Assembly: GCF_000012285.1 (NCBI RefSeq)
Contig: NC_007181.1
Coordinates: 1,860,001 to 1,892,000 of the forward strand
Reading direction: 5' to 3'
DNA: 32,000 bases
From: Sulfolobus acidocaldarius DSM 639
GTDB taxonomy: Archaea > Thermoproteota > Thermoprotei_A > Sulfolobales > Sulfolobaceae
Every line of letters starts with the position of its first letter. The stretch's first letter is position 1. A program made the translations under genes and the position numbers. Under the pieces are notes generated by a model, which had not been told where the DNA came from, made no database searches, and saw only the letters and a list, made by a program, of their open reading frames with translations. Below, piece by piece: positions 16,682 to 26,420 of the stretch.

Positions 16682-18025
16682 ATGGAGTCTGAAAATTTCA
16701 TGTTAAACGCTGACCTTGACTTAGGCATACCATTGAAGGCAATGAATGACCAGGGCATATTTAACGAGGAAATAGAGAGGATATTTTCAAACAACTGGAT
16801 CTTCTTGGGTTTTGTGGATGAAGTTTTAAACCCTGGAGACTTTGTGGTGAGGAGAATAGGCTTAAACTCGGTAATCGTAGTAAGGGGAGAGGACGGTAGG
16901 ATAAGAGCCTTTTTCAACGCCTGTAGGCATATGGGAACCGAGTTATGTGAAGCTGAGTATGGAAGGGCTAGTACATTTACCTGTCCCTATCATGGATGGA
17001 CGTATAATAATATGGGGAGGCTTGTAGGTGTCCCCGTAAAGGATATAGCTTATAAGAGGTTTAAACTCAGCGATGTCTCCCTGTATGAGATCAAGATAGA
17101 CACGTACGAGAACCTCATTTTTGGGAATTTAGGATCTTCAACTCAGTCCTTATCAGATTACCTGGGTGAAACAAAGTGGTATCTGGACATCTTCTTTAAG
17201 GCAAGCGGAGGTATGAAAATTGTAGGAAAGCCAATCAAGTTCATTGCAGACTTTGACTGGAAGTCAGGGGCGTCTAATTTCGCAGAGGACAGGCTACATA
17301 CGATTACCACACACAGGTCTGTTGTGGAGTTGGGATACGCTAGCCCCATTTCCAGGTTCGGGTATGTGACTCCAGGTCTAAGTGAAATAACTGCCTGTTA
17401 TCTGAATGACAGTTTAGGAAGACCAGTTGGGGCATTCGGAATGCGATTCCCACCTGAAGAAAGTATACCAGGTTTCTTTGGCTTTTATGGAGATCACTTC
17501 AGGGAGCATTCGAAACCAGAAGGTGTGTCAGAGGAACAATATAAGGTATTTCAGAGGGTGTCTCATTGGGTCGGTACCATATTCCCTAACTTGAGTTTCT
17601 TCACTGCTGCAGATCAGACCGACAAGTCTGGTAAACCTAATTCTCCCGTTAGCCTCATTAGGTTATGGCAACCTATAGGTCCTGGTAAGACTGAAGTGTG
17701 GACATGGGTGGTAGTACCGAGAGTGCTACCAGATGAAATAGCAAAGAGAGTATATGAAGTCACAACGAGCCACTTTGGTCCATCTGGAGTTGCAGAAATG
17801 GATGACACTGCCATATGGAGGAGGATATCTAAGTCAGCCTCAGGGAATTTGGCAAGGAGAATAAGCCAGCTAATTATAGGCGGGTTAGATTCTGTCTCAG
17901 ATCTACCAGTTCTAAGGGACTGGCGTGGTCCAGGTTTAGTCAGACCAACTCAATTCCACGAAGATGGTCCAAGGACCTTTTGGAAAAGGTGGTTAATGGA
18001 AATGGGGTATGAGGTAAAATGGTGA
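16682..18025 (+). CDS. Rieske non-heme iron ring-hydroxylating oxygenase, alpha subunit
   Basis: 447 aa. Rieske motif CRHMG-x-ELC ... CPYHGWTY. Mononuclear iron motif EDRLHTITTH (D-x2-H-x4-H). Confidence 0.85.
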   Translation: MESENFMLNADLDLGIPLKAMNDQGIFNEEIERIFSNNWIFLGFVDEVLNPGDFVVRRIGLNSVIVVRGEDGRIRAFFNACRHMGTELCEAEYGRASTFTCPYHGWTYNNMGRLVGVPVKDIAYKRFKLSDVSLYEIKIDTYENLIFGNLGSSTQSLSDYLGETKWYLDIFFKASGGMKIVGKPIKFIADFDWKSGASNFAEDRLHTITTHRSVVELGYASPISRFGYVTPGLSEITACYLNDSLGRPVGAFGMRFPPEESIPGFFGFYGDHFREHSKPEGVSEEQYKVFQRVSHWVGTIFPNLSFFTAADQTDKSGKPNSPVSLIRLWQPIGPGKTEVWTWVVVPRVLPDEIAKRVYEVTTSHFGPSGVAEMDDTAIWRRISKSASGNLARRISQLIIGGLDSVSDLPVLRDWRGPGLVRPTQFHEDGPRTFWKRWLMEMGYEVKW

Positions 18026-18531
18026 ACGTTGCCATGGTGGATCCACAGGTTTACATAAACTTATGCGAATTCCTCTACCACGAGGCTGAAATTTTGGACA
18101 ACGAGATGTATAGGGAATGGTTAGAGATGCTTGGAGATGATTTTGAGTACCTTATAACTTATGTCCAGCCTGAAAAGGGAGCTAAACTTAAGTATACGGA
18201 AGACTCCTTCCTCATGAAGGCTAATAAGCAGAAACTGAGTGAGATGGTTAAGCGTCTATATCACCCATCAGGGTGGGCTCTTCAGGATTCCCTCAGCAGA
18301 TTTAGGAGGATAGTGGGAAACGTAAGGGTTAAGGAGGCTTTAAACAACACTGTGAGGGTGAGGAGTAATATAGCCTTATTTAGGATAGAAATGAATGAAG
18401 GGAGCCAGAGTGTGATCACAGGAGAAAGAGAGGACTTACTATCCCTAAGTGGTGAAATAAGGCTAAGGAAGAGGGTTGTTGTGTTAGATTCACCATCTCT
18501 TTTAACTTACAACCTGTATTTTCCAATATGA
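18019..18531 (+). CDS. Ring-hydroxylating oxygenase beta subunit (NTF2/SnoaL-like)
   Basis: 170 aa. The N-terminal FLYHEAEILDNEMYREWLEML is typical of RHO beta subunits. The ATG overlaps the alpha subunit stop by 7 nt. Confidence 0.7.
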   Translation: MVNVAMVDPQVYINLCEFLYHEAEILDNEMYREWLEMLGDDFEYLITYVQPEKGAKLKYTEDSFLMKANKQKLSEMVKRLYHPSGWALQDSLSRFRRIVGNVRVKEALNNTVRVRSNIALFRIEMNEGSQSVITGEREDLLSLSGEIRLRKRVVVLDSPSLLTYNLYFPI

Positions 18532-18612
18532 CATGGTGTTTACGTTTTTCACGGGAAGAAATTTTGAATTAATGTACAAAGGTTTAATTACTAGTTAAAA
18601 ATATAATTAATC

Positions 18613-19272
18613 ATGGCGACATTCACAAAATACCCCCTGAAGTTCCTTAGACTTAGTCTTATACACGAGAACTGTTGGAGCAGGTATTATGAGGTACCTG
18701 AGATCGCTAACATACTGAATTTGACACCCTACCCTGAGAGGAATATTCTAAAGGTCTCCCTGCTGATGTCTGAGAAGGGATATAGGGACATAATGAATCT
18801 GAAGTCCAGGGGCAAGGTAAAGGATATTTTCAACATATATAAATGGAGAAACAGGTTTTACGTAGACCTAGTCAGAGATTATGACAACTCCATTTACTCT
18901 ATCATAAACAGGAACAATGGAATACTCATAAGTACACTGAAGTATGATGGCAAAGAGATATGGAACCTCCTGGTTTATGAGTATAAGGTCAACAGGCTCA
19001 TTAAGGAGTTCCAGGAGTTTGCCGAAATAGTCAAGGTGAACATTGAGGACGACATACCCACAGAAAACCTCACCAGTAGAGAATTAAAAGTGTTGACAAC
19101 AGCCCTAGATTTAGGTTACTTCGACTACCCCAGGAAGATAAAGTCAAAGGAGTTATCGGAGATCCTGGGTATTTCAGAGCCCACTTTCGTCTTTCACCTC
19201 AGGAACGCAGAGAGAAAGATTGTAAGTAATTTCATTAAAAAGCTGGGAAAGAACATGTTGTCTGAACCTTAG
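18613..19272 (+). CDS. Transcriptional regulator with C-terminal HTH_10 (Bat-type) domain
   Basis: 219 aa. The C-terminus LTSRELKVLTTALDLGYFDYPRKIKSKELSEILGISEPTFVFHLRNAERKI matches the HTH_10 pattern. The N-terminal domain is unassigned. Confidence 0.65.
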   Translation: MATFTKYPLKFLRLSLIHENCWSRYYEVPEIANILNLTPYPERNILKVSLLMSEKGYRDIMNLKSRGKVKDIFNIYKWRNRFYVDLVRDYDNSIYSIINRNNGILISTLKYDGKEIWNLLVYEYKVNRLIKEFQEFAEIVKVNIEDDIPTENLTSRELKVLTTALDLGYFDYPRKIKSKELSEILGISEPTFVFHLRNAERKIVSNFIKKLGKNMLSEP

Positions 19273-19437
19273 ATTCAGCTACACGGGTTTTTGAACACTT
19301 TTCCCTTGACAAGAAGGAGAAATGTCTTGAAGTTAACTCCCTTCCACACCCCACGTTAATGTACTAAAGATGAAAATAATGAATTAATAAATATATTTAA
19401 AAATGCTTTAACCCCATATTTAATATGTGAAAGGATT

Positions 19438-21123
19438 ATGGTTGAAGTAATAAGGGACAAGAAGATAGTAGTGGAACCAAATCTTACAAATTACGACGAA
19501 ATATACAGGAATTTTAACTGGGATAACGCTAGAAAGACGCTGAACTTTGTGGGAAAGGGAAATGTCTCAAAGCTTGTTATGGATCTAAATGCTGATGGTA
19601 AAGACAAGAGTGGGTTGATATGGATCAGTGAGAAGGGAGATATCAAGAGTTATACATTCCATGACCTTGAAGTGAAAGCTTCAAGTTTTGGGGCTGTCTT
19701 GAAGGACTCAGGTGTAAAACCTGGGGACAGGGTGGTTGTAATGTCCAAAAGAGTACCATCGCTATATTTTTCCCTCTTGGCTATTGGCATGATTGGGGCA
19801 GTCATAGTCCCCATATATTCCACGTTCGGTGAGGAGGCAATTAGGTATAGGGTTGAGAACAGTGGCTCTAAGGTGGCAATTGTACATGAATCACTTGCTG
19901 ATAAGTTTAGGAACATCTCAGGGATAAAGATCTTAAAAACGTCAGAGGAGGGGATAGTGAACGAACAGAATGTGCATAACACGTCGTATGTTGAGAGGTC
20001 AATAAATGATCCCACGTTGATATTGTACACTTCAGGGACAACTGGGAGACCAAAGGGAATATGGCACTCACAGGACATCATGACCTTCTATTACTTCTCT
20101 GGTAAATACCACTTTGACATGCATGCACAGGATAAGTTTTGGCACACAGGAGATCCTGCATGGGTCGCCGGGTTTGCAGGGGTGTGGACAGCATGGCTAA
20201 ACAGCATTCCAATAGTGTCTTACGAGGGAAAATTTGACGCAGAGTCCTGGTACTCTAACATAGAGAGGGTGAAGGTCACTCTAATGTCCACTGCACCGAC
20301 CGCGATTAGACTACTGAAAAAGGAGGGTGTTGAGCTCGCCAGAAAATTCGATCTCTCTTCAATCAGATTCATACACGCAGGAGGGGAGTATGTTGACCCT
20401 GACATAATAAGGTGGAGTATGGAGGTCTTTGGGGTACCAATTCATGACGGATATGGTCAGACTGAAACTGCAACTTACGTCATTGCAAACTACGTTTCGA
20501 TGCCCATTAAGATAGGGTCAATGGGTAAACCGCTTCCAGGTGTAAAGGCACTTGTAGTGGACGAAAATGGTAATCCCCTACCGCCTAACACCAAGGGAAT
20601 ACTGGCATTAGATCCTGACTTTCCGGCTATGGCTAAAGGTATATGGAACGATGAGGAGAGGTGGAAAAACAGTTTCAAGAACGGGTATTACTTGACTGGT
20701 GATATGGGCTATATAGACGAAGACGGCTACTTCTGGTACCTTGGAAGGGCTGACGACATAATAAAGGTTTCAGGGTACAGGATCAGTCCAGTTGAAATTG
20801 AAAGCGTTATAATGACACACCCAGCAGTCGCAGAGTCAGCTGTCATAGGAGTTGAGGACCCAATAAGGGGATTCAGAATAAAGGCATATATCGTGCTTAA
20901 GAAGGACTATTCCCCGTCAGATGAGTTGAAGAACGAGATAATCAACCACGTGAGAGTAAAGCTAGGAGCCCACGTTGTTCCTAGGGAGGTGGAGATTGTG
21001 AAAGAGTTGCCACATACTCTGAGTGGTAAGACCATGAGGAGGGTTTTGAGGGCAATCGAGAGTGGTTCACAACTGGGAGATGTAAGTACACTTGAGAACC
21101 CAGAGACGGTAAAGAAGGAATGA
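19438..21123 (+). CDS. AMP-forming acyl-CoA synthetase/ligase
   Basis: 561 aa. Motifs: LYTSGTTGRPKG, GYGQTE, GDMGYIDEDGYFWYLGRADD and a C-terminal SGK. Confidence 0.85.
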   Translation: MVEVIRDKKIVVEPNLTNYDEIYRNFNWDNARKTLNFVGKGNVSKLVMDLNADGKDKSGLIWISEKGDIKSYTFHDLEVKASSFGAVLKDSGVKPGDRVVVMSKRVPSLYFSLLAIGMIGAVIVPIYSTFGEEAIRYRVENSGSKVAIVHESLADKFRNISGIKILKTSEEGIVNEQNVHNTSYVERSINDPTLILYTSGTTGRPKGIWHSQDIMTFYYFSGKYHFDMHAQDKFWHTGDPAWVAGFAGVWTAWLNSIPIVSYEGKFDAESWYSNIERVKVTLMSTAPTAIRLLKKEGVELARKFDLSSIRFIHAGGEYVDPDIIRWSMEVFGVPIHDGYGQTETATYVIANYVSMPIKIGSMGKPLPGVKALVVDENGNPLPPNTKGILALDPDFPAMAKGIWNDEERWKNSFKNGYYLTGDMGYIDEDGYFWYLGRADDIIKVSGYRISPVEIESVIMTHPAVAESAVIGVEDPIRGFRIKAYIVLKKDYSPSDELKNEIINHVRVKLGAHVVPREVEIVKELPHTLSGKTMRRVLRAIESGSQLGDVSTLENPETVKKE

Positions 21124-21192
21124 TTGTAATAAATTAATGAGATTAAGGATAAAAATTTAAATCTATAACAAAAATATTTGGTGGTGAAATAA

Positions 21193-21957
21193 ATGATTAA
21201 GGTGGAGTTGGATAAAGAGAATAGGATAGGTAAGGTACTAATTGATAGACAGGAGAAAATGAACGCCATAACTGTGAGTATGAGGAGAGAGATAGGAGAG
21301 AGAATACTAGAGCTAGAGAAGTCACCAGACGTGAGAGTAATTATTGTGAGAGGGCTGGGAGGAAAGGCTTTCAGTTCTGGTGGTGACGTTAGCGAGTTCC
21401 TCTCCCTCACTCCAGAAACTCTAATTGACTGGGGGGAAGACCTTTCAAGCTCAGAGAGGATAACTAAGCCTGTAATAGCCTCTATTGATGGCTATACATT
21501 TGGTGCTGGTTTAGAACTGGCATTATCATGTGATATAAGGATTGCAACACCAAGAAGTGAGTTCGGACTACCAGAGATAAGACTGGGCATGGTGCCTGCA
21601 AGTGGGGGAATAACAAGACTGGTTAAAGTACTAGGGCTCTCTAGGGCTACGTATATGCTCATGTTAGGGAAGAGGATCGATTCTCAGTTAGCCTATCAGT
21701 GGGGTATAGTCCACGAGATAGTAGATGCAGAGAAGTTAGACGAAAGGACGTATGAAGTTGCTAAGGAATTAGCCGGTCTTTCACCTCTAGCCTTAAAGGC
21801 ACTGAAGAAAGTGTTACACGAGATAGCTGACTCACCAATGTATGTTGGGTATGATATCGAGAGAAAAACCTTCGGATTGTTGAAGTACAGTGGAGATTTC
21901 AAAGAAGGGGTAGAGGCGTTCCTGAATAAGAGGAAGCCAAAGTTTGACGGTAAATAG
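21193..21957 (+). CDS. Enoyl-CoA hydratase/isomerase (crotonase) family protein
   Basis: 254 aa. FSSGGDVSEF and GYTFGAGLELALSCDIRIA are crotonase oxyanion-hole segments. Confidence 0.85.
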   Translation: MIKVELDKENRIGKVLIDRQEKMNAITVSMRREIGERILELEKSPDVRVIIVRGLGGKAFSSGGDVSEFLSLTPETLIDWGEDLSSSERITKPVIASIDGYTFGAGLELALSCDIRIATPRSEFGLPEIRLGMVPASGGITRLVKVLGLSRATYMLMLGKRIDSQLAYQWGIVHEIVDAEKLDERTYEVAKELAGLSPLALKALKKVLHEIADSPMYVGYDIERKTFGLLKYSGDFKEGVEAFLNKRKPKFDGK

Positions 21958-21959
21958 CC

Positions 21960-24236
21960 ATGTTTAAAGAAGGGCTGAGGTTTGTCAAGGGAGAAGGAAG
22001 TTACATCGATGATATGATAATAAAAGAGTACAAGAATCATTTACACGTTTCAATACTGAGATCTCCTTATGCCCATGCGCTTATAAAGAGAATAGACTAC
22101 AGTGACGCTTCTAAAGCAGGGGTTAAAGTCATCACGTTTAGAGACCTCATGAACTTTTTAAGCCCATTTCCCCTTTCTCTGGATACAAAGGTAGAATACT
22201 ATCCCATTGCCAGGGATAAGGCTGTATATTACGGTGAACCGGTAGCACTAGTAATAGCCAAGGACCAATATGAGGCTGAGGACGCCAAAGAGCTCATTCA
22301 GGTGGACTATGAGCCTATTAAACCTGTAGTTACCATAGAGGATTCACTAAAAAGCGAACCAATCCATCCTCAGGTGAAATCAAATATAGTGTTGAATAAA
22401 ACTTTCACTTATGGTGACTTCGAGTACGAATCAGAGAAGTCAGAGGTAGTTGTTGAAAATAGGGTAAAGTTCCCTAGATACAGTTGTTCACCACTAGAGA
22501 CCTATGAGGTGTTTGCAAGATACGACGGTGATAAATATGAGATATACTCCAACTTTCAAGGACCGTACTCAATTCACTATTTACTTACAAAGGCGTTAAA
22601 AGCTGATGTTCTACTGAAAGGACCAAGAGATATTGGAGGTTCTTTCGGTATAAAGAGCGCAATTTACCCTTACATGGCGTTAATTGCATCAGCTAGCCGT
22701 GTAATATGGAGACCATTGCTGTGGAGGGAGACGAGGACAGAGCACGTTATTGCTAGCTCTGCAGGAGCTGAAAGGGAATCCGTGGTAAAGGTTTACGGTA
22801 ATAGGAGTGGGAAAATAAACGCAATTGAGATCAAAGCCATTGATAACTTGGGTGCCTATCCAAGACCTCCAGAGCCAGGAAACCTGTTGAGGAACCACGG
22901 CAACCTGACAGGCGCTTATGACATCAAGTCCATGAAGGTGAACTACATGGCAGTTTTAACTAACACTATTCCTACCGGTCTGAATAGAGGCTACGGTGCC
23001 CCCCACTTGTATACAGCTATTGAGACAACAATTGATATTTTCGCAGATGAGATAAAAATGGATCCCATAGACGTAAGGATGAAGAACGTTATAAAGGACG
23101 AGTACTATGAGACAGCTTCTGGTGGTAAGTATAGGTCGTTCAGCTGTTATAAGGTGTTGAGGAGGATGAAGGAGTTATACGACAAATTAAATACTGATGT
23201 AGAGATGGAGAGGGCAAAAGGTAAGAGGATTGGGGTAGGAGTCTCCCTGATAATTGAGCCCTCTGGGACAAATATTGGTTACCTGGATTTGGCTAGAGAG
23301 TCATCGGACTTCTTACCTAAGTCCTCAGCACAAGATATTGTGATGGTCTATATTGACCTTTATGGGAAAGTCAAGGTCTTTGTGAACGGGAGTAATGAAG
23401 GTCAAGGTCATGAGACTGTAGTATCGGAACAAGTATCAAGGAGACTAGGCGTAAAACCTCAGGATGTAGACGTGATATATAGGACAGACACAGAGAGACC
23501 TTGGGCTGTCTCCTCTGGGACATATTCCAGCAGATTTGCGCCCATAGTCATGGAAGCCTTAAATAGGGCTCTGGACAGTTTAGAGGACAAGCTGTTGCTA
23601 GCTGCGTCTGAGCTCTTAGGAGTGCAGAAGAGCTCTCTAAAGATAAAGGAGGGAAAAGTCACCACGGTAACTGAGGATAAATCGGTATCCTTAAGGCAAC
23701 TGGTGGGGATATTCCACTGGGACCCCGTGAAACTTAGAAATACTGAACAAGGGTTAGTCGCTGTAGGTCACTTCCAATCACCTTATGCTGATAACCTTAA
23801 AGAGGGCAAAATAAACTCTTCAATATCTTACGGCTGTATGGGTCAAGTGGTGGAGGTTGAAATTGGAGAGACGGAAATGCCATTTATTAGAAGGGCATAT
23901 GTTATACATGACGCGGGAAAGATACTTAATGAGAAGATGGCGGAGGGACAAATAGTAGGGGCATCATTTCAAGGTGTCGAGGTCTCACTTTTCTCTTCAC
24001 TTGAGTATAATGAGGATGGCATTCCTTTATCCCAGAACTTCAGTGACTATCTTGTATTGACAGCCATGGAGTCACCTAACATAGAGGTTCAGCACATTAC
24101 GAGTGATCCCAATCATGTAGCTGGATTGGGAGAAGGAGGAATAATAAGTATGCCACCTGCAATAATAAACGCACTGAGGAAGGTAATTAAGATCAACAGT
24201 ATTCCAGCTCTGAAAGAAATCATTAGTTCGAAATAA
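21960..24236 (+). CDS. Xanthine dehydrogenase/aldehyde oxidase-family molybdopterin-binding large subunit (CoxL/CutA-like)
   Basis: 758 aa. The N-terminus GEGSYIDDM...VSILRSPYAHALIKRIDYSDA and the GGSFGIKS segment are typical of the family. The ATG lies 3 nt after the crotonase stop. Confidence 0.85.
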   Translation: MFKEGLRFVKGEGSYIDDMIIKEYKNHLHVSILRSPYAHALIKRIDYSDASKAGVKVITFRDLMNFLSPFPLSLDTKVEYYPIARDKAVYYGEPVALVIAKDQYEAEDAKELIQVDYEPIKPVVTIEDSLKSEPIHPQVKSNIVLNKTFTYGDFEYESEKSEVVVENRVKFPRYSCSPLETYEVFARYDGDKYEIYSNFQGPYSIHYLLTKALKADVLLKGPRDIGGSFGIKSAIYPYMALIASASRVIWRPLLWRETRTEHVIASSAGAERESVVKVYGNRSGKINAIEIKAIDNLGAYPRPPEPGNLLRNHGNLTGAYDIKSMKVNYMAVLTNTIPTGLNRGYGAPHLYTAIETTIDIFADEIKMDPIDVRMKNVIKDEYYETASGGKYRSFSCYKVLRRMKELYDKLNTDVEMERAKGKRIGVGVSLIIEPSGTNIGYLDLARESSDFLPKSSAQDIVMVYIDLYGKVKVFVNGSNEGQGHETVVSEQVSRRLGVKPQDVDVIYRTDTERPWAVSSGTYSSRFAPIVMEALNRALDSLEDKLLLAASELLGVQKSSLKIKEGKVTTVTEDKSVSLRQLVGIFHWDPVKLRNTEQGLVAVGHFQSPYADNLKEGKINSSISYGCMGQVVEVEIGETEMPFIRRAYVIHDAGKILNEKMAEGQIVGASFQGVEVSLFSSLEYNEDGIPLSQNFSDYLVLTAMESPNIEVQHITSDPNHVAGLGEGGIISMPPAIINALRKVIKINSIPALKEIISSK

Positions 24237-24453
24237 TCTCCTGAGTCTTGGTTAATGGAGAATGACGTACCCTTAGTGAGTGATCTAGATTACTGTTGTT
24301 AGAAAAATAATTTAGGACGCTTTAGTTGTGCAATTCCTTCTTTAATCTACACCCTTAAAGAAAGAAATAGTTGCATTTACAAGAGTGATTTTTAAATGTT
24401 ATTGAGCTAACGACATACTCGTTTTTCTTATGCATGTATACTATATTTCCAGG

Positions 24454-25188
24454 TCAGATGTTTATTAGAGAGATTCGATAAGCCCATATTATTGACACGA
24501 TAGACAGTAATGCAATGAAGAGAGCGTCTCGCTTTACTCCTCTCTTGCCTAACCTAGCTAAATCCTTCATGGAACCTAATTTTTGTCCTGGTCTTAAGAA
24601 ACGTAAAGACGGTTCTATCAGTGACAGTAGCAATAGCGGAACCTTAAAGACATATAAGCTTAGGAAAACAAATACGATGACTGAAATTACCCATGCTTCT
24701 TGAACAACTCCTTTACTTAACCTTCTAAAAGGTATCTTGTACTCCACATAAAGTGCCCCAACTAAAATGTACAGTATCCAATATAATGATGGAAGTAAGA
24801 AGGAGTTGTAGACAAATATGTTCCAAACTATGGACAGTGACGATAAAAATGTGGTACCTAAGACATTCCCCCACATCGTGTTCTTAAAATAATATAACGC
24901 AAATGTCAACAATATCAGTGAAATGGGGAGAAGAAGGAGAATTGACTGTTTTATGAAGAGATAGGGTATTGATGCTAAGACAATTAAAATATAATCCATT
25001 TTACTGAGCTTAAGTACCATAACTTTAGGTTGTAAACGCTCTAGGATAGGTAATGTATAAGCTAGTATAGGTATCAAGATTATCGTCCTAAAGAAATTTA
25101 AATTATAAAAAGGGATTAATGAGACCACATAAGACATAATCCCAACTACATAAAGGGCGTGGTTCCTGACCTTCCTATGAGAACTCAT
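24454..25188 (-). CDS. Polytopic membrane protein, unknown function
   Basis: 244 aa with about 7 hydrophobic segments, an ATG start and a basic C-terminal loop. No motif recognised. Confidence 0.5.
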   Translation of the reverse strand: MSSHRKVRNHALYVVGIMSYVVSLIPFYNLNFFRTIILIPILAYTLPILERLQPKVMVLKLSKMDYILIVLASIPYLFIKQSILLLLPISLILLTFALYYFKNTMWGNVLGTTFLSSLSIVWNIFVYNSFLLPSLYWILYILVGALYVEYKIPFRRLSKGVVQEAWVISVIVFVFLSLYVFKVPLLLLSLIEPSLRFLRPGQKLGSMKDLARLGKRGVKRDALFIALLSIVSIIWAYRISLINI

Positions 25189-25331
25189 AGCGACTTGATA
25201 AATCTATAAGGGTAAAAACATGTAACCTAAATGTTAAGGGAATGACAGCTAAAACACATTAAAAGCTCACTATCACAATCTGGCATTAGAGACTGAAGAA
25301 TCCAAAACTTCACCTTAAAATTTAGGGTTTC

Positions 25332-25340
25332 TTAATATAT
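25332..25340 (+). promoter_or_regulatory. Candidate TATA box of the hemerythrin/DUF2249 operon
   Basis: TTAATATAT at -33 to -25 relative to ATG 25365. Confidence 0.4.
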
Positions 25341-25364
25341 ACAATTCAACACTAACATAAAGTC

Positions 25365-25955
25365 ATGTGGAAAGAGGAAATAAGGGAGGAACATTCAATA
25401 ATATTAAAGGCTACTAAGTCCCTTTTGTACTCTTATGCCCTTAGTCTTTTGTACAAAGACCAAAAGTACTTAGACTTCATATTGGATTTTTATCAGGACT
25501 TCTATGAAAACTTTGTGATAAACTGCCACAATAAGAAAGAGGAGAAGATATCATCACTCGTCAACTTCGATGATACTGTAAGGGATCACGCTGAGATAAG
25601 GAAGATCGCCCTCAGAGCATTTACCGATACAGACAGAATAGGGGAATTCTCAATAGTAATGATAAATCACGTTGTTGAGGAAGAAAACAAATGGTTAAGT
25701 AACGTAAATGGTGATTTTGAGGAGGTCATGGAAGAAGTTGAAAAGGATATAGGAGAAGAGGTACATAAACACTATGTAAAGAGTGTGGAAGAACTTTATA
25801 ACGACATTACGACCAAGTTCCCAATCCTTGACATTTTACAGGTAACTCCCACCATGAATAAACTTGTCGTGATTACGAGATTTCCTCCAGAGAAAATTTT
25901 CAAGTTAAGACTTAAGGCTAAGATAGGAAATGAACTATGGGTAGCAGAGGTGTAG
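25365..25955 (+). CDS. Hemerythrin-like protein with extra C-terminal ~50-aa domain (tentative)
   Basis: 196 aa. The spaced His/Glu pattern (EEH..., CHNKKEE, DHAEI, NHVVEEE) is reminiscent of HHE cation-binding repeats. The C-terminal part is unassigned. Confidence 0.45.
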   Translation: MWKEEIREEHSIILKATKSLLYSYALSLLYKDQKYLDFILDFYQDFYENFVINCHNKKEEKISSLVNFDDTVRDHAEIRKIALRAFTDTDRIGEFSIVMINHVVEEENKWLSNVNGDFEEVMEEVEKDIGEEVHKHYVKSVEELYNDITTKFPILDILQVTPTMNKLVVITRFPPEKIFKLRLKAKIGNELWVAEV

Positions 25956-25959
25956 GGAG

Positions 25960-26382
25960 ATGAATGGAGTAGTCCAAAAGTTGATAAATGACCACGTAGA
26001 GGAAGATAGACTTTTAGATGAACTCAGAGAACTCTCTAACGGTGACGAAATGAGAAGAAAGTTTAGCATTTTCTGTAGAAATTTAAAATACCACATTTAT
26101 TTAGAGGAAGAAATACTCTTTCCAAAGCTAGATCTCAGCGATCCTATGGTTATTGAGTTAATGAACCAACATGTTGCAATGTGGAATCTGATGGCTCAAA
26201 TTGAGGAATCTTACGATATTAACTCACTTAAGATGCTATCGTCACTTCTTAAGGTCCATAATGCCATAGAGGAGACTAACGTCTATCCTAGGCTTAATGA
26301 ATTGAAGCTAGAGGAAATAAACGAACAAATTCCTGATGGATGGGTGCCAAAGTTTATGAGGGGAAAGACCCTGACTTTTTAG
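25960..26382 (+). CDS. Hemerythrin HHE cation-binding domain protein
   Basis: 140 aa. Motifs: DHVEEDRLL, YHIYLEEEILFP, QHVAMW, VHNAIEETNVYP. Confidence 0.7.
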   Translation: MNGVVQKLINDHVEEDRLLDELRELSNGDEMRRKFSIFCRNLKYHIYLEEEILFPKLDLSDPMVIELMNQHVAMWNLMAQIEESYDINSLKMLSSLLKVHNAIEETNVYPRLNELKLEEINEQIPDGWVPKFMRGKTLTF

Positions 26383-26420
26383 GGTGTGTGTTTTAGATAA
26401 TTCAGTTCGAGTTAATTGAC

